Positions 11,460-25,452 of a DNA stretch of 64,000 nucleotides are shown piece by piece; positions within the stretch are counted from its first letter, which is position 1; each line of letters starts with the position of its first letter. The translations under genes and the position numbers were made by a program. Location of the stretch: the NCBI RefSeq assembly GCF_020745735.1, contig NC_083435.1:11005201-11069200 (forward strand). Reading direction: 5' to 3'. Source of the stretch: Hemiscyllium ocellatum. Its lineage: Eukaryota. Below the pieces are notes generated by a model. The model was not told the origin of the DNA. It saw only the letters and a list, made by a program, of their open reading frames with translations, and did not search any database.

Positions 11460-12370
11460 AGTTTAGATCGGAGTAGTGCTGGAAAAGCACAGCATGTCAG
11501 GCAGCATCCAAGGAGCAGGAAAATCAATGTTTTGGGCAAAAGCCCTTCATCAGGAATAGAGACAGGAAGCTTCCAGGGTGGAGAGATAAATGATGAATGG
11601 GGGTGGAGATGGAGGTGATAGGTCAGAGGGGAGGGTGTAACGGATAGGTGGGAAGGAAGATAGGCAGGCAAGACAGGTCATGAGGACAGTGCTGAGCTGG
11701 AAGGTTAGAACTGAGACAAGGTGGGGGAGGGGAAGTGGGAAAACTGGTGAAGTCCACATTGATGCCCTGGGGTTGAAGTGCTCCGATTTGGAAGATGAGG
11801 TGTTCTTCCTCCAGGTGTCAGGTGATGAGGGAGCAGCAGTGGAGGCAGCCCAAGTTCTGCATGACCTTGTCAGAGTGGGAGGGGGAATTGAAATGTTGGG
11901 CCACGGGGCAGTGGGATTGCTTGGTGCGGGTGTCCTGGAGATGTTCCCTGAAGCACTCTGTGGGGAGGTGTCCAGTCTCCCCAGTGTACAGGAGACCATA
12001 TCGGGAGCAACGGATACAATAAAGGACATTGGTGGATATCCAGGTGAAATGTTGATAGATGTGGAAGGCTCCTTTAGGGCCTTGGATGGTGGTGAGGGAG
12101 GAGGTGTGGGCGCAGGTTTTGCAATTCCTGCGGTGGTAGAGGAGGATGCCAGGACGGGAGGGAGGTTTGTTGGGGATGTGTGGACTTGTGGCTAAATTGA
12201 GGTGTACTGAACAGGAGGCTCTGGGATAGAATGGACAGGGAAGACATGGTTTCTCCCCTCCCCCAAGTGCAATCAACTCCCAAGGGGCAGAGATTGAAGG
12301 TGATGGATAAAGGATGATAGGGGACATGAGCAGTGTCCCTTCCACTCGGAGGGTGGTCAGCATCTGAATT
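11460..12370 (-). mobile_element. Decayed Penelope-like element
   Basis: ORF 11818-12363 has GIY-YIG remnants (VLYCIRCSRYGLLYTGETG...FREH...HFNSPSHS). Degenerate HHR terminus near 11520-11560. Confidence 0.85.
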
Positions 12371-13029
12371 CTCTGCCCAATTTGATACTAAACGTGAAAA
12401 TACTCAACTCATTTAAAAAGTCACTGGATCTGGATGTGCATGGATATGAACCAGAAGCTGGGAGGTGGAAGGAGAATGTTTGGGATTGCATGGATGTATT
12501 CTGCCCACACAGACATGAGGGGCTGAATGGCCAGTTTCTGAAAGTTTTCTCGATTTCGCCTGGGGCACTGCACAGGAAATGAGAAATTCAACATCCTGAA
12601 ACAGAGACAGAGAGAGTGGGAGAGAAAGAGCACTCACATCAACCACTCCCCCTTTCTGGTTGAGGGAGTTGCTGCAGGGTTATCAGTTGGATTTATTAAT
12701 GACTGTCTTCCTTTCAAAAGCGCTAGTCACCAGCCCAAGGGAAAAACATCTCCGCAACACCGACCCTTGCAAGCTCCTGAATAACGTTGACTGGTGGAAA
12801 GCCTCGCATTTACATAGTACCTTGGATCGAAGTCCCAAAGCTAACGCAGTACTTCTGTACACTGAAAGCAAATCCCCTGCCGAGAGTGTGGTGCTGGAAA
12901 AGCACAGCAGGTCAGGTAACATCCGAAGAGCAGGAGAGTCGACGTTTCGGGCAAAAGCCCTTCAACAGGAATTAAGTAGGAGCCTCGGGATCGTTTAGAT
13001 CTACCAGCACATCAAAAGATCAAGTTTTG

Positions 13030-13185
13030 AATAAAAAGTCTCCTTGCTCAGAGCGCAGTCCCTCAGTACTGCACTGGAGTGTCACTCTGGGTTTTAATGG
13101 TCAAGTCCTGGAGGGGGACTTGAACCTACAACCTCCTGATGTAAAGGAAGGAGTCACAACACTTGATTCAAGCTGATACTGGACC
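13030..13185 (-). mobile_element. Deu-type (SacSINE1-like) SINE remnant; related copies at about 600-700, 10365-10790, 48280-48440, 58780-58865
   Basis: GGTTCAAGTCCC...GACACTCCAGTGCAGTACTGAGGGA motif. Family name from recall, not from a search. Confidence 0.55.
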
Positions 13186-13404
13186 ACACCTGTTCAATAT
13201 GACCAGCCTTGCCAAACCTGCTCAACATTCCCGAGAACCCGCTCTTTGGGGGCCAGGGCAGACTCACTCACGAGTTTGACTTCCATTTACTTTAAGATGC
13301 GGTCACTTGTTGTAAAGTGAGGACTCCAGTTCAGCGAAACTTGGGACCATCCCAGACACGAAGTGGGAATCTGTTTGGAGTTGGGAATACCCGCATTTCA
13401 CTTT

Positions 13405-13494
13405 CCCACACGGGAACAGACGGGTTAATAGTTACCCACACGGGAACAGACGGGTTAATAGTTACCCACACGGGAACAGACGGGTTAATATTTC
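13405..13494 (+). repeat. 30-bp tandem repeat x3 (CCCACACGGGAACAGACGGGTTAATAGTTA)
   Basis: Directly visible. Single copy in units B and C. Confidence 0.95.
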
Positions 13495-13689
13495 CCCACC
13501 CTGTCTCCGGCTTCCCGCTCTCCCCTTCACTCAGGCCCTGCGCTCCCACAGCCCGGCCCTCCCATTCCCCGAGCCGGGCCTCTGTTCGGTTCCGGGGCTG
13601 AGTGTGTGATCCAGGGGCTCCCCACCCTCAGGGAGACCGGAGTCAATTCCACCGAAACTGGCAGGGGCTGAAATTATCCCCAAACTCAC

Positions 13690-13747
13690 CCAGAAAGAAA
13701 ACTCCAAAATTCAGGGAGGGCGGCACCAAGGAGCAGCGATCAGCGCC
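13690..13747 (-). other. BTN-like gene A, putative non-coding exon 1 (5' end approximate)
   Basis: Consensus donor TGG|GTGAGT at 13689, conserved in the gene B paralog (48911). Lies directly downstream of the ISRE. TSS not determinable from sequence. Confidence 0.6.
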
Positions 13748-13960
13748 TTTCAGTTTCTATCTGAGGTCACCTCCGCTTCCCTTTTACGAGAAGTTTGAGG
13801 GCGTTAACTTCATAAACTGTGGAAGGATGGCTGTGTTTCAGAGTTTAATCCGGAGAATCTTGAGCTGAGCCTTCGCCAGGTTGTCTACAGCCTCTGTAAC
13901 ATTGAAATGTTTGTTCAACTTCCTGTCCCCTCGGGAATCCCGCTCGAGTTAATTTCCACC
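13748..13960 (-). promoter_or_regulatory. Gene A promoter: ISRE/IRF-E (13748-13757) and NF-kB site (13933-13941)
   Basis: Minus strand GAAACTGAAAG fits the IRF consensus GAAA(G/C)(T/C)GAAA. GGGAATCCC fits the kB consensus. A TGGAAATT NFAT-like motif is adjacent. All are conserved in unit C. Function inferred. Confidence 0.6.
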
Positions 13961-15079
13961 ATTCGCTGTTTCAGAAGAGGACGATCACTCCCTCCTTCCC
14001 CCACACGCACTCTTTTCCCCTGATTCTCCCCAGTGTTCGTTTATTTATACATACATTGTATGTGTCTTCCACACACGTGTACCTTCATAGGAGGTTCAGG
14101 GCACAAAGAGGGAGACCATTCGGCCCCTCGCCTCCGTGAACACCCGCCGAGTCTAACCCCACCTTCCAAAACGTTGTCTGTACACAAACCCCTTTTCAAA
14201 AAAACAGTTTCTTCGCTATACCTCTTTCAGTCAGGGAGATCCAGATCCGAATTCCCAGTCTCTGGGTCTAATATTCTTCCATTACTTTACATCCCTGGCC
14301 CTCTCTGTTAATGGGATCTGTCTAACCTGTTTACCTCGGCCTCTCTATTTCTACTCCACAGTTAAACATCTCGGTGACAAAAAGAAAACAGCCTATCCTG
14401 TTGCTAAAGTCTCCAGTCCAACAACACGTTTTAAGTCTCCTCTGTACTCTCATTGGTGTGATCACACCTTTCCTGGAGCAGGTCAGTAAAGGAGTTATGG
14501 TAATAAACAATGAACAGAAGCCAGGGACAGCGAGGAACAGGCCTTTGGCCCACCAAACCGGCGTTGGTACCTGATGCCTTTCCAAACAGAAAATGTTTTG
14601 CTTCTACTGATCCCTATCCCTATTTCTTCTGCCTTTTCATTTCTCTAAATAAGGAAACCTTTATTTACCACAGCCCAGAGAGTAAAAGCAGGATAATTAT
14701 CAGAGGAACCTTGATTATCCAAATTTCGGATAATCCAAAAAAGATCACAAGGTCCCAATGGTTGGCTAAGCTGTGTTATCTGGCATTCGATTATCCAGCA
14801 TTCGATTATCCGAACAAAATATTCCCCATCCATGTCCTTCAGATAATTAAGCTACCTCTGTAAAGCTCTCGAGAGACTGCAGAGTGCAGTGATCACTAAA
14901 ATGAACCAGGCCGGACCCCCTCAAAACATTTTTAAAAAACAGACCAGACCCTAACTTTGCGCGTTGTTTTCAGCAGGTGTTGAGTGGATATTTCAGGAGT
15001 GATGCAGCTGGCCCAACCACTTAGTCTTAAACAAGAGGAAATTCATTTTCAATATCTCATGATGAGAAAGATGAGGAAG

Positions 15080-15545
15080 CCTTAGAGAGGGTGAAGAGGA
15101 TATGTACCAGGATGCTGCCTAGACTGGGGGGCATGTTTTATGAAGAAACTTGAGGAAGCTAGGGTTCTTCTCATTGGTGCAAGGAGGATGGGAGGTGATT
15201 TGATAGGGGTGTACAGGATGTTGAGAGACCTAGATAGAGTGGATAGATAGAGACTTTCTTTCGCATGGAGGAAATGTCTCTTATAAGGGGACATAATTTT
15301 AAGGGAATTGGAGGAAGGTTTAGGGGAGATTTCAGAAAGTAGTGAGTGCATGGAATGTACTGCCTACAGTGATAGTACAGTCAGATACATTAGGGGCATT
15401 TAAGCAATTCTTGATAGGCACATGGAAGTTAGCACCATGTATGTAGGGGTATGTAGGTTTGTCGATCTTAGAGTAGGATAAAAGGCCAGCAACACATCGA
15501 GGACCAAAGGGCCTGTATGGTGCTGTACTGTTCTATGTTCTATTA
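15080..15545 (+). mobile_element. CR1-like LINE 3' fragment
   Basis: ERV.RR.TRMLP.L-like segment and tail. Confidence 0.7.
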
Positions 15546-15889
15546 TGATGAAACACAAACAAAAGAGAACAGAATACAGAATAACAACCGAAAACCCAAC
15601 TATCCCAACTTAATGATGTTGTTCTAACTACTTGCAACAATAACCATAAACACTCTTTGGCACAAAACATAAAATCAAACATAGGGTCTTGCAGGAGAGA
15701 GAATGATGGCAGAAATACTCAGCATGGAACACCTTCTTCCATGTAGCTGTTTCTTGGACCAGCAGCCTCACTATCTGGCTGGCTGCTTTCAGTGAACAGT
15801 CAGTCTGCTAAAAAAAACAAAGCAAAGCAAACCAAAAGTTGGCTGGGAGAATTGGCCACCACACTTTTATTGTACAAGGCAGATGTTCA

Positions 15890-18800
15890 CAGGTAAAAGT
15901 GCAGCTGGAAAATGGGAAGCCTTCAGAAATGAGATAATGAGAGTCTAAAGACAGTACACTCCTGTGAGGGTGAAAGGACAAGCTGGTAGGTGGAGGGAAT
16001 GCTGGATGATGAAAGAAATGTTCTCATGAGAGAGAGGGGCCAGCAAGAGGTCATTGTCCACATTGGAACATATGACATTAGAAGGGAAAAGGATGAGATT
16101 CTGAAGGGTGATTACAGAGAGTTAGGCAGGAATTTAAAAAGGTGATCATCGAGAGTAGTAATATCTGGATTACTCCTGCTGCTACGAGCTAGTGCAGGCA
16201 GGAATAGGAGGATCGAGCAGATGAAAGCAAGGCTGAGGAGCTGGTGAATGGAAGAAGGATTCACATTCGTTGATCATTGAATCTCTTCCGAGTGGCACAG
16301 TGGTTCGCACTGGTGCCTCATAACACCAGGGTCATAGGTTCGATTCGAGCCTCTGGGACTGTCTGTATGGAGTTTGCACATACTCCCTGTGTCTGCGTGG
16401 GTTTCCTCTGGGTGCTCTGGTTTCCTCCCACAGTCCAATGATGTGCAGGTCAGGTGGATTGGTCATGTGGAATTGCCCATAGTGTTAGGTGCATTGGTTA
16501 GAGGGAATTGGTCTGGGTGGCTAGTCTTCGGAGGGTCGGTGTGGACTGGTTAGGCCAAAAGGCCTGTTTCCACACTGTAGATAATCTAATCTTTTGGAGT
16601 AGCAGTGATTTTGGGAGAGGATTTTAACTCTCCAAACATGGACTGAGACTGCCATAGATTTAAGAGTTTAGGTGGAGAGGAATTTGTTAAGTGTGTACAA
16701 GACAATTTTCTGATTCAGTATGTGGATGTACCTATGAGAGAAGTTGCAAAACTTGACCTACTCTTGGAAAATAAGGCAGGGCAGGTGACTGAGGTGTCAG
16801 TGGGGGAGCACTTTTGGGCCAGTGTCCATAATTCTATTAGTTTTAAAATAGTAATGGAAAACAATAGAACAGATCCAAAAGTTGAAGTTCTAAATTGGAG
16901 AAAGGCCAATTTTGACGGTATTAGGCAAGGACTTTCGAAAGCTGATTGGGGGCAGATGTTCGCAGGTAAAGGGATGGGTGGAAAATGAGAAGCCTTCAGA
17001 AATGAGATAATGAGAATCCAGAGAAAGTATATTCCTGTTAGGGTGAAAGGAAAGGCTGGTAGGTATAGTGAATGCTGGATGACTAAAGAATTTGAGGGTT
17101 TTGTTAAGAAAAAGAAGGAAGCAAATGTAAGGTATAGACAGGATAGATCGAGTGAATCCTTAGAAGAGTATAAAGGCAGGAGGAGTATACTTAAGAAGGA
17201 AATCAGGAGGGCAAAAAGGGGGCATGAGATAGCTTTGGCAAATAGAATTAAGGAGAATCCAAAGAGTTTTTACAAATACATTAAGGACAAATGAGTAGCA
17301 AGGGAGAAACTAGGGCCCCTCAAAGATCAGCAAGGTGGCCTTCGTGTGGAGCCGCAGAAAATGGGGGAGATACTAAATGAGTAGTTTGCATGTGTATTTA
17401 CTGTGGAAAAGAATATGGAAGATATAGACTGTCGGGAAATAGATGGCGATACCTTGCAAAATGTCCAAATTACAGAGGAGAAGTGCTGGATGTCTTGAAA
17501 TGCATAAAGGTGGATAAATCCTCAGAACCTGATCAGGTGTACCCTAGAACTCTGTGGGAAGCTAGAGATGTAATTGCTGGGCCTCTTGCTGATTTATTTG
17601 TATCATTGATAGTCACAGGTGAGGTGCCGAAAGACTGGAGATTGGCTAACGTGGTGCCACTGTTTAAGGAGGGTGGTAAGGACAAGCCAGGGAACTATAG
17701 GCCAGTGAGCCTGATGTTGATGGTGGGCAAGTTGTTGGAGGGAATCCTGAGAGAGAGGATACACATGTATTTGGAAATGCAAGGACTGATTAGGGATAGT
17801 CAACATGGCTTTGTGCATGGGAAATCATGTCTCCCAAACTTGATTGAGTTTTTTGAAGAAGTGTATATATATATGGACATCAGTAAGGCATTTAACAAGG
17901 TTCCCCATGGGAGACTGATTAGCAAGGTTAGATCTCACAGAATACAAGGAGAACTAGCCATTTGGATACAAAACTGGCTCAAAGATAGAAGACAGAGGGT
18001 GGTGGTGGAATGTTGTTTTTCAGACTGGAGGCCTGTGACTAGTGGTGTGCCACAAGGATTGATGCTGAATCCCCTACTTTTTGTCATTTACATAAATTAT
18101 TTGGATGTGAGCATAAGATGTACAATTAGTAAGTTTGCAGATGACACCAAAATTGGAGGTGCAGTGGACAGCGAACAAGGTTACGTCAGATTATAACAGG
18201 ATCTTGACCAGATGGGCCAATGGCCAGAGAGATGGCAGATGGAGCTTAATTCAGATAACTGCGAGGTGCTGCATTTTGGGAAAGCAAATCTTAGAGGCAA
18301 TGGTAAAGTCCTGGGGAGTGTTGCTGAACAAAGAGACCTTGGAGTGCAGGTACATAGTTCCTTGAAAGTAGAGTCACAGGTAGATAGGATAGTGAAGAAG
18401 GTGATTAGTATGCTTTCTTTTATTGGTCAGAGTGTTGAGTACAGGAGTTGGGAGGTCATGTTGCAACTGTACAAGAAATTAATTCTGCCACTTTTGGAAT
18501 ATTGCATGCAATTCTGGTCTCCTTCCTATCGGAAAGATGTTGTGAAACTTGAAAAGGTTCAGAAAAGATTTACAAGGATGTTGCCAGGGTTGGAGGATCT
18601 GAGCTATAGGGAGAAGTTAAATAGGCTGGGACTGTTTTCCTTGGAGCGTCGGAAGTTGTGGTGTGACATTTTAGAGGCATGGATAAGATATCAAGACAAA
18701 TTCTTTTCCGTGGAGTGGGGGAGTCCAGAACTAGAGGGGATATGTTTAGGGTGAGTGGGAAAAGATGTAAGAGAGACCTAACAGGCAACTTTTTCAAAGG

Positions 18801-18995
18801 TGGTACATGTATGGAATGAGCTGCCAGAGGAAGTGGTGAAGGCTGGTACAATTGCAACATGTAAAAGGCATTTGGATGGGTATATGAATAGGAAGAGTTT
18901 GGACGGATATAGGGTGGTGCTGGCAGGTGGGACTAGATTGGGTTGGGATATCTGGTCAGGATGGATGAGTTTGGCATGCTATACATCGCTATGTC
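15890..18995 (+). mobile_element. CR1/HER1-like LINE, frameshifted, with nested SINE
   Basis: RT motifs YRPVSL, QHGF, SKAF.KVPH, GVPQG, KFADD (ORF 17390-18196), C-terminal RFTRMLPGLE and CR1 tail. Upstream esterase/endonuclease remnants. Confidence 0.9.
16290..16590 (+). mobile_element. HE1-type SINE nested in CR1
   Basis: A/B boxes and tail. Confidence 0.85.
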
Positions 18996-20249
18996 TCTAT
19001 AGTTAAGTTTTTTTTCAACATGAGAGCCTTTTGTCTGAGACTGTATCTGTTAACTATAATCAAATTGGCCCTAAAACCATTCAAAATTAGACTTTTCAGA
19101 ATTGCTGCTTTTATGACTTCTTAGAGGAAAAAAGCATAACTTCTTAAAGAAGCAGCATTGTCATACGCTATATTAACATGAAGAGGTAGACCAATGAACA
19201 GAGGTAGGCCATTCAAGCTCTCTAACCAATTTCAAACTTCAGTGGCTGATTTGTGGCCTAACTTCATATACCTCTCTTGTAACCTTACCCCTTAATACAC
19301 TTGCTTAACTTTAAATCTTAGATAACTAAACTTTCTTTAACAACTGATCTTGCATTCACTGTCATTTGTGGAAGAGCATTCCAAATATTCACCACCCTTT
19401 GTGCGTAGAAGTGCTGCTGAACATTTCTGCTGAATGGTCTGGCCCTAAGTCTCAGACTTACACCACTACTTTGGGAGTAGTTTATTTCTACTCACCCTCT
19501 CTTTTCCTGTTAATATCCTGAGAGCGGAAGGTTTAAACTGGGACGGTGGAGAGGGAAGAATTAGAGTGGGCAGTATGCTCATTCTGTTTCTGTCTCTATC
19601 CATCTCTGTTTGACTCTCCATCTCACTGCCTGTCAGTGCAGGAACAATCAGAGCATGGAGAGAATAATTTGAATTTTATGTACTTTTATCCTAAAGCTGT
19701 CATCACTATTTTTGTTTCTCACTTTTTGGTGAATGATGAACTAGACCATACACAGGAACAAAGGACATAAGAGCAGGAGTGGATCACTTGTTCTATCATG
19801 CTGTCTGACATTCAATGAGTTCTAACCTCCACTTTCCTGTATTTATACCTTAACCTTTCACTCCCTTGTCTGTGAAAAATCTATTGAACTTAATTTTGAA
19901 TAAATTTAAAGACCAGCCTCATGTACATACTTGAGAAGAGATTACCATACTTCATTGACCCTCTGAGAGAAACATTATTTGTCTCTCTGTCATTAAAGGC
20001 AGACTTCTCCACCACAACAGTAAACAACCTTTGGGTTTCCACCCTAACCAGTCACTCAGAACCCGATATCATTCCTCATTTAACCAAGACAGTCTTGTCC
20101 AGTTTGTCCAAATCTCTTCATTCTGTCTATGTGCCTATAAGATCACTGCATGTCACATTTCTGAACCTATTCTGTCATTTTACTATCATCCAGAAACATG
20201 GGAACACCACCATCTGCAAGTTCCCCTCCAAGTCACTCGCCGTGACACT

Positions 20250-20585
20250 CTGGAGGCAGGAAACATGTTTCCGCTGATGGGTGAGTGCCGAACCAGAGGA
20301 CACAGCTTAAAAGTACAGAGTAGACCATTTAGGACAGAGTTGAGGAGAAACTTCTTCACCCAGAGAGTGGTGGCTGTGTGGAATGCTCTGCCTCAGGGGG
20401 CAGTGGAGGCCCAGTCTCTGGATTCATTTAAGAAAGAGTTGGATAGAGCTCTCAAGGATAGTGGAATCAGGGGTTATGGAGATAAGGCAGGAACAGGATA
20501 CTGATTAAGGATGATCAGCCATGATCATATTGAATGTTGGTGCAGGCTCGAAGGGAAGAATGGCCTACTCCTGCACCTATTTTCC
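20250..20585 (+). mobile_element. CR1/L2-like LINE 3' end
   Basis: RTRGHSLK...RRNFFTQRVVAVWNALP...SFKKELD in ORF 20031-20504. Confidence 0.8.
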
Positions 20586-22495
20586 GTCCTAATTTCAAAC
20601 TGTAATTCAGCTCCTTCAGTGTCATTAAGGTGATATCATGGAACTCCCTCCCTGATAGCATTGGGCGTTCCAATAAAAACAGAAGCATTTCAGGATCATC
20701 CCTAATTACAAACCAGCTACCCAACCAACTGAGCTGACTAACCATCCTCTCTGACCACTCCAAAGACATGGGCATTGGTGATTTTGCTTCAATACATTGC
20801 TGGAGGTTTCACTACATATTCTCTGATCTTTAATTACCCCATCTGCCCTTTCCCAACCACTCTCTCCCATCACTGGTCATTTAGAACATCCATCCTCATG
20901 GTAACCACCTGTCCCCAGCCAACAAGAGAGTGAGCAGATCATTCAATTTCTGACTGGATGTAAAGCATTTCCCAGCTAATGAATGATAGTGTTAAGAGAA
21001 ACCAATTCTTTCCAAGCCCCTAATGATTTGTGTCCCACCCTGCAGCTGGCTGCCTACAGGATCCCCAGATGCTTGGTACTGGTCCAGGATGTGTGTTATG
21101 CCTCTGGCTGGACTTTGCCCAGAAACTGGAACTGGGCTCTGCCTTGACCTGGCCCAGTATCTGATGCAGAGCTCTGTCTGACCTTTAGGTAAGCAGGATG
21201 TCTTGTACTCACTAACTCATCAGCCATGGGGCCCACACAGTTACTGTCCATTGATACACCTGGGCTTAGGATCAAACTCTAGTAATCCCAATTAAAATCC
21301 CAATTAACCAACAAAAGATATCCACCTCAGTGATGTTGTTGGAAGTCACCTCAACGGACAACAAAAAGACTGAATTAGAAACTCATTAACATTGTTCTGA
21401 AGCTTCTCTGAAATAAAACCCAGCAAAAACACATTAAGAATGAGCAGTGACCAAGATTTCAGAGCTGGGAGAGTTATTGCAGTACATTTTAAAGACACAC
21501 TGCTGCTCCTGAACACAAGGGATGGATGGAGGTCCACCGGTACAGGCTCAACATTCTCAACCACTCCTCATATGACAATCCCTTCATCCCTGGGATCATT
21601 ATTGTACAAGTCCTCTGGACAGTCTCCAAGGCCATTGCATTCTTCCTTAGATTTGGTGGATATCGCAAAACTGATCACAAAATCATTGAAATGTAGAATG
21701 GTCAACAGAGAAAAAGGCCATTTGGCCCATTGTGTTTGTGTTGATCTATTCGAGGTGCAATTCACCCATACTTATTGCCCTGACCTTTGCCTGGAAAAAC
21801 ATTTTGATTTTTGCTGATCTGGCCATGTCCATTACTCTACTCTCGTAGACTCTGTCCCCCATGGGCTCTGGGATCTGGGTGTCTACATTGCATTTTACAG
21901 GCTGCTGTAACTGAGCTCAACTGTTCCTACTCTGAGTCTGATACATTTCTGTCTTTACCTTCTCAAAGATCAATGACTACTTCCTCTCAGTAAAACCTGT
22001 AAACTCTTTAATAACATTCTGATACATTGAATATTGATTATAGCTCTTTATTAATATTCTTCCAGTGCCCTCTTTGATGATTCTTGACAGCATGTCTCTG
22101 ACTCATGTCATATTAACATTATCATTAATATTTTCATTTCATTTTGCTATGACTTTCTCATTAGACAGCCCTGATTGGATCACCCTCCACCTGATTCTCA
22201 GGCAGTGGCTTTTAGTTCCTGACCTCTCACTGTTTCATTGAAACCTTTTTCCTGCTGTTGCTTTTGATTAATTTGCCAATCACTAGAAGTCCATCAGCTC
22301 TTGTTAGGGACACTTCTGTCAAAACAAACAGATTCTCATGCTTTCACTATTTTGTCCAGGCACCTGATAATTTTTATCAAATCTTGTAAACCTGCTCAGA
22401 ATTTTCTCTACCCTCAGGAGAATAACCCACCTCTCAGATCTATTCTGCAAACTGAGGTCTTCTTGCCCAAAACTATGGTCAATGTATTCATTGAC

Positions 22496-22804
22496 GGGCG
22501 GCACGGTGGCACAGTGGTTAGCACTGCTGCCTCACAGCGCCAGGGACCTGGGTTCAATTCCCGCCTCAGGCGACTGTCTGTGTGGAGTTTGCACGTTCTC
22601 CCCGTGTCTGCGTGGGTTTCCTCCGGGTGCTCCGGTTTCCTCCCACAGTCCAAAGATGTGCGGGTCAGGTGAATTGGCCATGCTAAATTGCCCATAGTGT
22701 TAGGTAAGGGGTATATGTAGGGGTATGGGTGGGTTGCGCTTCAGCGGGTCGGTGTGGACTTGTTGGGCCGAAGGGCCTGTTTCCACACTGTAAGTAATCT
22801 AATC
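22496..22804 (+). mobile_element. HE1-type SINE
   Basis: Full-length consensus-like copy. Confidence 0.9.
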
Positions 22805-23524
22805 ATATCCTTTGCAAAGTGCCAAGTCCAGAATTCAATAAAGCTCTCCTGTAGAGGTCAAACAATGTTTTGTAGAATTTCTTCATAATTTTTTTCATTT
22901 TGAACAGATATTTGATTCAAAGAGAAGGACCATGTAAACAAAAGGGTCAATTCTAAAGCAAGTGGAGGAACAAGCAGGCTTTGATGAATATGTGCACGCA
23001 TCATTGATGATGTAACACTGTGATCAAGAGCTTAAAACCAATAGGTACCATTTCACATAAATTACAGCTTCAAGATATCAGTTCATTCCACTGATACGTC
23101 TCTGTCCTCCAAATATCTATCACTGATCTATTTGCTGTTTAAATAATGCTGACTTTGATGACATCTATATTAGTCCCAATTCAGTCCACAGGCCTGCACT
23201 CAAGTCATTGACGTATACCAGAAAATCAGTGCTCCAGGAACTGACACAGAAGAAACATCACTGTAAAACTCATCCCATTTGCAAAATACCCATTCATGGT
23301 CACCCAGATGAATTCAGCTTTGGAAAATAAAGCACAAACAACTCTTCATGAAACAAAAACAGAAATTGCTGAAAAAAGCTCAGCAGGTCTGGCAGCATTT
23401 GCGAGGAGAGTAACTGAGTTGACGTTTTCAGTCCAGTGACCCTTCTTCAAAACAATGAAGCATTCATTTTCATAGTGTCACTGTCATTTCATTCAATGGG
23501 CTTTAACTTTGAATTATTTTCGAG

Positions 23525-24360
23525 TCATACAGCATGGAATAAACTTTTCCTTCCAACCAGTCTAGGACAACAATAATCTGAAACTAAACTAGTCCCACTT
23601 TCCTTTACTTGGCCCATATCCCTCCAAGCATTTCGTGTGCACGTACTTATCTAAATGTCTTTTAAATGTTGCAACTGTATCCGCATTCACTACTTTCACA
23701 TTCTAAGCACTCTCTGTGTAACAGAAAATTGCCTCATAGTTTTTTTCTCTCTTTCTCCTAGGAAAAAGACACCTGTCATTCACACTATTTATATCCCTTA
23801 CGATTTTATAAATCTCTATAAGGTCACACCTCAACCTCCTTGGCCCCAGTGAAAAATTTAAATTTTAAGTGACAATTTCTCAAATACCTTTTCCAGATTT
23901 ACAAGGATGTTGCTAGGTTGGAGGATTTGAGCTACAGGGAGAGGCTAAACAGGCTGGGGCTGTTTTCCCTGGAGCGTCAGAGGCTGAGTGGTGACCTTAT
24001 GGAGGTTTACAAAATTATGAAGGGCAGGGATAGGATAAATAGACAAAGTCTTTTCCCTGGGGTTGGGGAGTCCAGAACTAGAAGGCATAGGGTGAGAGGG
24101 AAAAGATATAAAAGAGACCCAAGGGGCAACTTTATCACGCAGAGGGTGGTACATGTATGGAATGAGCTGCCAGAGGATGTGGTGGAGGCCAGTACAATTG
24201 CAAATTAAAGAGGCATTTGGATGGGTATATGAATTGGAAAGGTTTGGAGGAATATGGGCTGGGTGCTGGCATGCGGGACTAGATTGGGTTGGGATATCTG
24301 GTCGGCATGGATAAATTAGACTGAAGGGTCTGTTTCCATGCTGTACATCTCTATGACTCT
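23525..24360. mobile_element. CR1 3' fragments in opposite orientation (minus about 23525-23830, plus about 23890-24360)
   Basis: ORF 23918-24208 (ERLNRLGLFSLE) and CR1 tail. Confidence 0.8.
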
Positions 24361-25452
24361 TTGACTTTAAGTCCAGAAATACATTCCCATCTCAATTATA
24401 ATTGTGTCTTCATGAGAAAGCTCAATTAATACAATTAAATGTGACTTGCTTTTAACAAACTCATGCTGGCTTTCCTCAATCAAACTATACTTGTCTAACT
24501 GCGTCCAAGATTATCTTTAAAAGTTCCCATCATGGAAGTTGGTCTCACTGGGCTGTTGCTGCTCATTTTGTGTTTACATTTTACTTTTGAACAAGTTGAA
24601 ACAATTACAATTTTACAATATTCAGACACCTAACTTTTAACCTGATTTGAATGAACACTTGAATAGAATCTTTAAATAAATGCAGGGCTGCATGGATGCA
24701 AACACTGGATGGGGAACTGCTGAACAGTCTTATCGAAGTGTGCCTACAGCCTCAAAGGTTGAAGCAGGTGGACGTTCCCACTGCCCACCTCATGACCAGC
24801 TCGACATGGCAATGACTGAGGAAACTTTCCAGGCAACTATCACTCCACGGCCTTCACCTGGGGACTCAAAATAATCCAGGTGAGTTGGGAATAGCAGATG
24901 TAAAGATACAAATTCTGGAGAAATTTGCAAATAAAACAACAGCAGGTTTATTTACTGTTTCTTGCATTTATTTAAGAAATTTTGTTTGTGCTCCAGTGAA
25001 ACTTAGATTTTTTGACTGAAGAAACTACTTTCAAGTATTATCCTGCACACTATTACAAATTTTAATTGTACAGGCACAAACGCAATCTGAACAGGTTATA
25101 TACAGAGAGTATTTGAGTAATGCTTTTATTAAAACGGACATTTACATTATGGCGATTTAAGGATCATTTCACTATGTACAGAACGATGAGAGAGCAAGAA
25201 ATGAGGGATAAATAATAGCAGTGACTCCACCCACATGCGTGTGCACCAACTGAACTGTTTATGAAATGGTTAAATATTATACGACTATGATATCCACAAG
25301 CGGCCAGTTCACCCACCATCTAAAGGTTTGCAAATCAGTACTTACAGCAATCTCACTCCATGTGGATACACAAATAGTCTCAAGGAAGTATCCCATTCTA
25401 ATATAAAACAAGCTCCCCATACTCATAGGAGTTTCCTTCCTTCCAAATTTGT

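Noticed and set aside
12413-12646. Strong acceptor (ctctgtttcag at about 12598) in gene A intron 1
   Set aside because: No matching donor or paralog found. At most an unsupported UTR exon.
20590-21450. Unassigned repeat-like sequence and an RTE-like scrap at about 24680-24880
   Set aside because: No recognisable intact motif, so it cannot be classified without a database search.
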